Below, piece by piece: positions 1-6,411 of a stretch of DNA of 24,000 nucleotides. Source of the DNA: Ancrocorticia sp. (GTDB lineage: Bacteria > Actinomycetota > Actinomycetes > Actinomycetales > Actinomycetaceae); the NCBI RefSeq assembly GCF_052089425.1, contig NZ_JBQCZW010000029.1:4608-28607 (forward strand), read 5' to 3'. The notes under the pieces are model-generated. The model saw nothing but the letters and a program-made list of their open reading frames with translations. It was not told the origin of the DNA and did not search any database. Made by a program: the position numbers and the translations under genes. Numbering within the stretch: position 1 is the stretch's first letter; the number at the start of each line of letters is the position of its first letter.

Positions 1-1
1 T

Positions 2-607
2 GATGAGCCGTGGGGTTCACTGACGCTACGCCGAGGAGAAGTGCACGTCATTGACGTGCCGAACAAGATCGTGAAGCCCCGGCGATTCGATATCTACCTT
101 GATCTGCGAGGGGTGACGTGGCGGCGCGTTCAGTTCGAGGTGTCGCCCGATGAGGCAGGCATCGGGAGAGAACAAGAACTTGTTGAACCACCATCGTTGC
201 GCGGTTTTGGGTTGCCTGATCCAGACGCGCTAGTGGGGATAGCGATGAGGTTCCAGATCGCGCAGAAGATTCACGCAGTTTCCGATCGGCACGAACCTCC
301 GGATATTGTCAATGATCGACCACGCGACGTTGTTGACTTGCTCCTGTTACGAGACCTGATTACTGCCACGGGTAATCCCTCGCTCGCTGATGTTCGAGAC
401 GCTGCCGTAACGCTCTTCGAGGCGCGCTCCTCGGAAGCTCTGCAACTAGACTTACCTACGAGGCCTTGGCCACCAACGATTCAGGCACACGATCACTGGA
501 ACAACGACTTCTCGAAGGCAGCGGCATCTGCGAACCTCAACATTTCGCTAGACTCCGCTGTCGACGCGCTTAACCGTTGGATCGCCGAAATCGCACAGAG
601 CAGTTAG
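2..607 (+). CDS. AbiEii/AbiGii-family nucleotidyltransferase toxin (type IV toxin-antitoxin / abortive infection), 3' portion; 5' end lies off the left edge
   Basis: The frame is open from nt 2 with no stop before the listed GTG at 41, so the 188-aa track ORF is an edge artefact. The C-terminal layout (FEVS...IAQKIHA...RPRDVVDLLLL) resembles DUF1814/AbiEii toxins as I remember them. The expected AbiEi antitoxin would lie upstream, outside the window. Confidence 0.6.
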   Translation, partial: DEPWGSLTLRRGEVHVIDVPNKIVKPRRFDIYLDLRGVTWRRVQFEVSPDEAGIGREQELVEPPSLRGFGLPDPDALVGIAMRFQIAQKIHAVSDRHEPPDIVNDRPRDVVDLLLLRDLITATGNPSLADVRDAAVTLFEARSSEALQLDLPTRPWPPTIQAHDHWNNDFSKAAASANLNISLDSAVDALNRWIAEIAQSS

Positions 608-921
608 AGGCCCGAAAGTGGCGCACGACGCCGACGCGTGTAAGGTGTGACGATACAGTCGTGCGGTGCACACCATACTGCGGAACGAGGCTGCCTAGCG
701 CTGCACCGGCCAATTAGTCGTCGATGAAGCTATCGACCTGACAATTGCGCCTCGAATGTCCCGAATCGATGCAATATCAGCCTTCTGCGCTACCTAGCAG
801 CCGCCAGTTTCCGGCGGCTTGTCAGCGTTCTCATCCTCGCGGGAAGGTTGAAAACTATCTACGTAGAGACCCTGATATTGGTGGGGATTGAAAGTGAGAA
901 GGGCTAAACAGCCCAGATGGA

Positions 922-1415
922 TCAGATGTGAACCTTCGACGAAGGGACCATCCTTGGAGGACGCTCGTCTGGCTCTTTTTGCGTGTCCCAGTGGCCAGCA
1001 GCTTGAGCTTGTGAGTGTGTGACCAAGGCCAGGACGTCGGCTTGAAGGTCCGGGGGCGACAGCTTGCCGTGGATGGCAAGAACCAGAAGATTCCGAATAT
1101 CGCCGACTAGCACGGAGTCTCGTGGATTAAGTTCTTTGTTTTGCTCCGGATTGAGGGATGGAGGTTCTGAGGGATCAATACGCCATGTGGGGTTACATCA
1201 CGCCATGTGGGGTTACATCGGATCTCAGTCTGCTTCGAGGAGTACTTAGTCTCGGGCTCATACGAACACGCACGACCGGGCACATAGATAAGCCAGGAAT
1301 TGCAGGGTCTACAGCGGTGAAATCTGAGGTGCGTAATGTTGAGCATCGAACCTCTGGTCAGATCGCGCAATTCCTGAGGATAGTAATTCGTTTGACGTTG
1401 GGAAATAATACTCAA
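922..1415 (-). pseudogene. Possible disrupted ORF: two reading frames (1107-1415 and 922-1197) become one ~157-codon ORF if one copy of the 20-bp duplication is removed; no recognisable family
   Basis: Hand translation: the upstream frame reads unit 2 as CNPTWR, and the downstream frame reads unit 1 as CNPTWR followed by IDPSEPP...VLVGDIRNLLVLAIHGKLS. A 20-nt insertion shifts the frame by 2. The N-terminal part has odd composition (C/W/H/R-rich) and only a TTG at the ORF head, so coding status is uncertain. Confidence 0.25.
1181..1220. repeat. Head-to-tail 20-bp tandem duplication, cgccatgtggggttacatc[a/g] x2
   Basis: Read directly: 1181-1200 and 1201-1220 are identical except for the last base. 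Confidence 0.95.
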
Positions 1416-1453
1416 TTAGATGGACTTGGGGTCCTCTCTTGCACGTCTCTGAA

Positions 1454-1753
1454 CTACTTCTTGGACCTATAAACGAAGCTAACAGCCACAGTCGCGATGC
1501 CGACGAGCCCACCTACCACTTTCTTCGCTCCATCTTTGCTTTTATCTTTAAGGTCGTCTTTCTTGGCTTGGCACGGGAAGCAGATCTTATGACTGGGGTC
1601 GATGTCCTCAATCGGCTTACCGCACTTGGTGCAGACAAAAAGCAGCTTGTCGGTGCACTTCGTGCAATAGACATCGTCCGCGCCGTAATCAGACTTTTCT
1701 ATCGATGCCTCGCACTCAGGGTTAGGGCAGCGCTTGATTCGCTTATCTTTCAT
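1454..1753 (-). CDS. Small double zinc-ribbon protein with a C-terminal (tail-anchor) transmembrane helix; function unknown
   Basis: Eight Cys arranged as C-x4-C...CxxC and CxxC...CxxC, then a K-rich linker and the hydrophobic stretch VVGGLVGIATVAVSFVY flanked by Lys. I place the start at ATG 1753 (MKDKRIKRCPNPEC) because the track start at 1828 is a TTG. The ATG lies 11 nt inside the end of the upstream gene, which suggests translational coupling. Confidence 0.75.
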   Translation of the reverse strand: MKDKRIKRCPNPECEASIEKSDYGADDVYCTKCTDKLLFVCTKCGKPIEDIDPSHKICFPCQAKKDDLKDKSKDGAKKVVGGLVGIATVAVSFVYRSKK

Positions 1754-2762
1754 CGTTCTGTTCTGCGTCCTCACTGGGTTCAAGGTAGTACGTTGTGGTT
1801 TCAGAAAGCTGCTTTCTGATCTCGTCAACGCCGGAGATGGACTTCGAGCGATTCTCCCAAATCCCGTCTCTTAACAGGACGTCAGTTGGGTCGAGTTCCC
1901 TGAGCTTCGGCGTGTTAGGAATGACCGTCGCGTTTAGGAACCTTCCATATTCGTCGATCGTGGTGAGCATTGCGCTCGTTTCACCTAGGTCAAAGTACAC
2001 AGCGGCTTTCAGAACATATGACCTGTGAATAGCCTCGAAGCATTTGTTGATGCTAGCCATCCGGGATTCGATTTCAGCGGCACGCTTCGATTTCTTGTTC
2101 TCGTACTTCCTATCGAGCAAATATTGGACGTCAGATTGCATTGCAAGAGCCATTTGGGAGCTTGCGTCGCTCAAAGCTTTAACGGCTTGGGCTGAGACGA
2201 GCTGCCCGAAAGGACCGTCTTGGATCTGCCTCGCTTCGAGGTAAAGATTCATACCCGAGAAGTAGAGTCCGAGCCTATCGTTCTGCTGGCCCTGAATTAC
2301 TTCGGCAATATCTTCGGTAATCGATTCAAGAGCCTCTGTGATTTCGTTCAATTGCTGCTGCATCGCGCGTAGCTGCATCGCACTTGCGGCGTCTGCCGGG
2401 TTAATCCCTTGATTAACCAGCTCTTCTTTGATCGGCACTTTCGGTCCAAAACGGCCCTTGGTATCTCTGAACTGTGCAAACATGTCGCCAGCTTTGTTGG
2501 TATCAAACTTAATGAGGCCTTTGGCTAGCGCCTCTTGGACATCTTTAGTGGCGTCGACGACATAGCGAACCTCGGGCTTTTTGAGAAGTGGTGCAACATT
2601 GGTTGCGTGGTTAGCCGCTGACATTGCAGCCTGTGCAACCTTGTCAATAGTCTCCAGTGCCTGCTGCTGGTGGTCGGAGATGGACTTCTTAAAGGCGGCG
2701 ATGGCAAACTGCTCGTCACTGGTTGAGATGGTCGTATCCTCAGCTTTTACTATATCGTCCAT
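1743..2762 (-). CDS. Uncharacterised 339-aa soluble, predicted alpha-helical/coiled-coil protein (first gene of a two-gene operon)
   Basis: Long ORF in an AT-richer region where chance ORFs are short. AAGGAG sits 6 nt upstream of ATG 2762. The sequence is Q/A/E/L-rich with heptad-like stretches, no TM segment and no catalytic motif I recognise. Confidence 0.85.
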   Translation of the reverse strand: MDDIVKAEDTTISTSDEQFAIAAFKKSISDHQQQALETIDKVAQAAMSAANHATNVAPLLKKPEVRYVVDATKDVQEALAKGLIKFDTNKAGDMFAQFRDTKGRFGPKVPIKEELVNQGINPADAASAMQLRAMQQQLNEITEALESITEDIAEVIQGQQNDRLGLYFSGMNLYLEARQIQDGPFGQLVSAQAVKALSDASSQMALAMQSDVQYLLDRKYENKKSKRAAEIESRMASINKCFEAIHRSYVLKAAVYFDLGETSAMLTTIDEYGRFLNATVIPNTPKLRELDPTDVLLRDGIWENRSKSISGVDEIRKQLSETTTYYLEPSEDAEQNDER

Positions 2763-2959
2763 CAGGCTCCTTGCGACAAAACTGTTAAGTACCCGCTAGC
2801 TCAGGCTTGCAATCTCTGGGGCAGGTTTATTGTGACACGAAGCGGTAGTGTATTGTGCCGCAATTCTTATGTAGCGCTAGGAAAGTCACAAGAAGTTTCG
2901 GCAGCTGCCACGACTAGGTGCACGACTACCCTTCGGAGCGGCCCTCCGAGGATGGGGCG

Positions 2960-3496
2960 TTATAACTGGCTTCGCAAGGTGTTGAGCTGACAGTTCTCGA
3001 GCCAATCTCTCCGGGAGATACTGAACTGAATGTACCGCGACGAGGAACCTAGAAAGGTCTCCGTGCTTCCGATGCCAGTCTCCTTCATTCCGATCCGTCG
3101 CAGGATCCGTACCGAAGCAACGTTCGCCTCTACGGCCTCAGCCCAGATCTGTGTCAGGCCGAGGGTAGCGAATCCATATGCGAGCCCTGCGTTGGCTGCC
3201 GCTATCCCTACGCCTTGCCGCCATCTTCTTGACGGACCGATCACGAACCCAAGCTCACGCATTCCGAGGGTGTCACCATAGAGATCGACGTACCCCATGG
3301 GCTCGTTGTCCCGGATGACCATCAGTCGAGTCAATAGGGGATCCGGCTTCTCGATTGCCTCACGCCATGACGCGACTGCTTCGGCGGTAGATGTGCGCTG
3401 TTTCCATCCAGCGTGAGCGCAAAACAACGGATCGGTGGCCCATGAGGCAAGCTCTTCTGCATCGGAGACGCCCATCGACCGCAGTTCGAGGTTCAT
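2960..3496 (-). CDS. GNAT family N-acetyltransferase (RimJ/RimL-like, Acetyltransf_3 type)
   Basis: 178 aa. The GNAT core is visible (RRWRQGVGIAAANAGLAYGF acetyl-CoA pocket Q/RxxGxG/A, followed by ...EANVASVRILRRIGMKETG). Confidence 0.88.
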   Translation of the reverse strand: MNLELRSMGVSDAEELASWATDPLFCAHAGWKQRTSTAEAVASWREAIEKPDPLLTRLMVIRDNEPMGYVDLYGDTLGMRELGFVIGPSRRWRQGVGIAAANAGLAYGFATLGLTQIWAEAVEANVASVRILRRIGMKETGIGSTETFLGSSSRYIQFSISRRDWLENCQLNTLRSQL

Positions 3497-3770
3497 GTAC
3501 GGATGGTAGCAGTTATGTATAGACTCTTCGCTGCCATTCGACAGTTAAGCATAGAGAATGACTGCGGGTGCTGCGAAGACGGCACCGAAGTTAATGCTTG
3601 CAGTTGAGCGTTGGTAGCATTCCGCCTGCCGAATAAGAGATGCCGTACTACAATCTAGTACGTATCGGTGTTGATCGTTGCCGATTAACAGCTGAACCTT
3701 TACCAAATCTAGGCCGCCCATATGCGTGTATCACGGTAACTAGCAGCAGCGCTAATAGGATGGAGCACGA

Positions 3771-4862
3771 GTGGCAGTAGAAATGGGCCTGTGGAGGGCC
3801 GACGGGGACAAACTGACGAGGCTCGTGCCCACATCGATCGGGCTGGAAAAACAACTTGAAACATATATCGAGTCAGACCCGGGAATGTTGGGGGAGACTC
3901 TCCTCATTATAGGAAGACAGGTCGCGACTGCATTCGGAGGATTCATTGACTTGCTTGCACTGGATGAAACCGCTGCGGTACATGTCTTTGAGCTCAAGCG
4001 CAACAAGACGCCGCGCGAGGTTACCGCTCAGGCTCTTGATTACGGATCATGGGTGTCGACTCTCGGTAGATCTGATATTCAAGCAATATTCGAGCATTAT
4101 CGCCCAGGTGCTGCACTTGAGGAGGCCTTCGCAGAGTGTTTCAACGAAACACTTCCCGAGGAGGTCAACGCTACTCAATCGTTCACGATCGTTGCAGCAA
4201 GTCTTGACGCGGCAACGGAGCGCATTGTCCGCTTCCTCAATGAAGATTTCGGAGTTCCTATCAATGTGCTCTTCTTCCGTCATTTCGTTGATAATGGTGC
4301 CTCGTACCTCGCCCGCACGTGGCTCGTTGAGAACGAAAACCAAGCAGTGACCCCCAGTGCAACGGCTGCGCGAAAGACAAAGACTCGTGAACCGTGGAAT
4401 GGCAAAGACTGGTATGTGGCCTTTGGGGAAAATGAGGGCTCCCGGCAGTGGGTAGACGGCATGAAGTTTGGTTTTGTTTCTGGTGGTGGAGGTAAATGGT
4501 ATTCGCAGACCCTCAAGAATTTGCCGGTAGGTGCCAGAGTGTTCGTCCACATTCCGAAATCAGGATACGTAGGCGTAGGTATAGTCTCTGGCGAGGCTCA
4601 GCGTTTCGATCAGCTCTCCGTTGACGTCGGCGGTGTTCCTAAGCTGCTTAGTGACCTCCAACTCGTAGGCACATACTGTCACGATGGTGACGAGGATGAT
4701 GACCTCGCCGAATGGGCGGTGCCGGTGGAGTGGATTCACACGGTTGCCCGAGAGCAGGCCGTTTGGCGCAATGGCATGTTCGCCAACACGAACACCGCGG
4801 CCAAGCTCCGCCAACAATTCACGATTGAAAACGTGAGTAACGCCTTTAGGTTGGAGGACTGA
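3771..4862 (+). CDS. NucS/DUF91-like PD-(D/E)xK nuclease domain fused to a C-terminal PUA/EVE-like domain; putative modification-dependent (type IV-like) restriction nuclease
   Basis: N-terminal half: GRQVATAFGGFIDLLALDETAAVHVFELKR gives the D...E-x-K motif in the usual NucS-like context, followed by the AQALDYGSWV / FTIVAASLD / PINVLFFRHF extension typical of this family. C-terminal ~170 aa (DWYVAFGENEGSRQWVDGMKFGFVSGGGG...LPVGARVFVHIPKSGYVGVGIVSGEA...VPVEWI) has the pattern of a PUA-like beta-barrel (EVE/ASCH type). The start may be GTG 3771 or ATG 3783. Confidence 0.8.
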   Translation: MAVEMGLWRADGDKLTRLVPTSIGLEKQLETYIESDPGMLGETLLIIGRQVATAFGGFIDLLALDETAAVHVFELKRNKTPREVTAQALDYGSWVSTLGRSDIQAIFEHYRPGAALEEAFAECFNETLPEEVNATQSFTIVAASLDAATERIVRFLNEDFGVPINVLFFRHFVDNGASYLARTWLVENENQAVTPSATAARKTKTREPWNGKDWYVAFGENEGSRQWVDGMKFGFVSGGGGKWYSQTLKNLPVGARVFVHIPKSGYVGVGIVSGEAQRFDQLSVDVGGVPKLLSDLQLVGTYCHDGDEDDDLAEWAVPVEWIHTVAREQAVWRNGMFANTNTAAKLRQQFTIENVSNAFRLED

Positions 4863-4968
4863 TTCGTCTGGAATTGGCGGATGCTCAACGAGTTGAGCGG
4901 AGTGCGGAGGGCTCTTTCCCGTACTGGGGCCAATTCATGCTGGGCCGCGTTGTTGTTATTCTGGCGGT

Positions 4969-5181
4969 ATGAGTACGCGTGACACTCCGGAGCAGATCGG
5001 TGACTTGCCGAGAATTGGCCGCCCTGCCAATAGTGCGCTCCTTCTTCAGGGATTAACTACTCTCGCCGAAGTGGCGGCCTTTGGGAAAGCACAGCTGGGT
5101 GAGCTTCATGGTGTTGGCCCAAAGGCAATCCGAATCCTGTCTGAAGCCATCGCGGCCGCAGACATTGAGTGGGCGGATTAA
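4969..5181 (+). CDS. Small helix-hairpin-helix DNA-binding protein
   Basis: 70 aa. LHGVGPKAIRIL is a canonical HhH (h-G-h-G-P-K) motif, and a second degenerate HhH sits at LPRIGRPANSAL. Followed by a terminator-like hairpin. Confidence 0.6.
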   Translation: MSTRDTPEQIGDLPRIGRPANSALLLQGLTTLAEVAAFGKAQLGELHGVGPKAIRILSEAIAAADIEWAD

Positions 5182-5207
5182 CGGTAAGTACACACCACTA
5201 GGTTCCT

Positions 5208-5229
5208 GAAGGCCGGCCTTCTGTTTTTG
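5208..5229 (+). terminator. Rho-independent terminator-like hairpin (gaaggccggccttc) followed by tgtttttg
   Basis: A perfect GC-rich palindrome at 5208-5221 is immediately followed by a T-run, in the convergent gap between the HhH gene and the MFS gene. Confidence 0.55.
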
Positions 5230-5235
5230 TGCCAC

Positions 5236-6411
5236 TCATAAATCTGACCGCAAAGCCATCTCGGTTATGTAACCGATAATCAACGTGAGACAGCACAGCC
5301 CCAGCATAGCGGCGAACGCATAGCACGCCCCGAGTTCGGATGTGACGCCCAGTTGGAGGGGGATTCCAAGAATGGCGACGCCGAGCGCGCCTCCGGTATT
5401 TCGAGCCGCTTGGATGATGCCGCCCACTTTGGAAGCGTGCGCCGTGGTTGCGATGCGTTCGACGGCGATAAGTTGGGAGGGTAAGCCGACGCCGACCCCA
5501 GCTGCAGCGAGCGCACTTCCGATACTGGCCGCCACTACGAAAGGTGCCCAGACGAGCGTCAGACCCATGAGGGCGATGAACCAGGCGATGCGGGTTGTGT
5601 CGCGGCGTTCGGCGAGAACACCGCCAATGCCCGAGCCGATGGCAACGCCGATCAGGGTGGGCGTGACGAATACTGCCGAATGTGCAACATTCGGGTGAAA
5701 CTTCGTTTGGAGCAGTAACGGGAGATAGCTGGACACCCCGAATGCGATGACGGCCAACAGCATTGTCTGAGAAACCGCTCGCCGCACCTGAGGCGACCTC
5801 CACAGACGTACCGGGCCAGTCGCCGATGCTGATTGGGCACCGCGGGGTAATGTCAGCCAGCCTAATAGGATCGGAAAAACAGCGACGGCTGCAACGATGA
5901 GGAGTGAGCCTCGCCAGCCAAGCGAAGTGCCTAGCCACCCTCCGAGTGGGCCGCCAGCGAGGGTAACGGTGGCTTGGACGGCGCCCATGAGCCCGATGAG
6001 TCTGCCATAACGCCCCGGGTACACGGCGATGATAGCCGCGAACCCGGCTGGAACGATGGCGGCAGACGCCATCCCTTGGAGTGCTCGGGCACCAAGTAGC
6101 CACGTGATCGAGCCTGCGGCCGATGCGGCCCATGTGGCTGTGGCCCACAGTGCCATGCCGGCCATAAACACAGTGCGGGGGCCAATCCTATCGGACAGCA
6201 CTGCCCAGACAGGGATAAACAGCGTTGAGGTGGCGAGGTAAATGCCAGTGACCCAGCCGTACCACCCGAGGGCATCGAGTTCCTTGGTGAGAGTGGGCAG
6301 GCTGACGGTGAGGAAGGTCTGCATCAAGCTGGATGCAGCGGTGGCCAATAAGACTGTCAGAATGCAGAGTCGCCTGTGGGCGTTGCCCCAATTGCTGGCA
6401 TCCTTGTTCAT
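5236..6411 (-). CDS. MFS transporter (drug/metabolite efflux type)
   Basis: 391 aa, almost entirely hydrophobic segments consistent with ~12 TM helices. Its start ATG overlaps the stop of the upstream phosphotransferase gene in an ATGA junction (6408-6411). Confidence 0.9.
   Translation of the reverse strand: MNKDASNWGNAHRRLCILTVLLATAASSLMQTFLTVSLPTLTKELDALGWYGWVTGIYLATSTLFIPVWAVLSDRIGPRTVFMAGMALWATATWAASAAGSITWLLGARALQGMASAAIVPAGFAAIIAVYPGRYGRLIGLMGAVQATVTLAGGPLGGWLGTSLGWRGSLLIVAAVAVFPILLGWLTLPRGAQSASATGPVRLWRSPQVRRAVSQTMLLAVIAFGVSSYLPLLLQTKFHPNVAHSAVFVTPTLIGVAIGSGIGGVLAERRDTTRIAWFIALMGLTLVWAPFVVAASIGSALAAAGVGVGLPSQLIAVERIATTAHASKVGGIIQAARNTGGALGVAILGIPLQLGVTSELGACYAFAAMLGLCCLTLIIGYITEMALRSDL

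Noticed and set aside
799-819. Hairpin AGCCGCC-agtttcc-GGCGGCT, considered as a terminator for the AbiEii gene
   Set aside because: It lies about 190 nt downstream of the stop codon and has no following T-run on either strand.
1294-1376. 10-bp inverted repeat (CAGGAATTGC / GCAATTCCTG) flanking 63 nt with an inner GAGGT/ACCTC stem; possible small structured RNA or MITE-like remnant
   Set aside because: It is a single occurrence with no terminator, promoter or covariation evidence, and it lies inside the questionable disrupted ORF. I cannot distinguish it from chance without comparative data.
1754-1828. 25-codon N-terminal extension of the zinc-ribbon ORF given in the track
   Set aside because: The extension starts at a TTG, lies entirely inside the upstream 339-aa gene and has no SD. 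ATG 1753, immediately before the first zinc-ribbon, is the more sensible start.
3644-3662. Palindrome CGTACTA-caatc-TAGTACG in the divergent gap between the GNAT and nuclease genes
   Set aside because: It has short AT-rich arms and no adjacent regulator gene to pair it with. Noted only as a possible operator.
3648-4006. 68-aa and 84-aa minus-strand ORFs across the start of the nuclease gene
   Set aside because: They overlap the well-supported plus-strand nuclease CDS and its promoter region, and show no motifs or SD.
5198-6148. 316-aa minus-strand ORF, plus several other 60-130-aa ORFs, overlapping the MFS transporter gene
   Set aside because: It is an out-of-frame shadow ORF of a high-GC gene. 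Its R/H/P/G-rich composition is implausible, while the overlapping frame gives a coherent 12-TM MFS protein.
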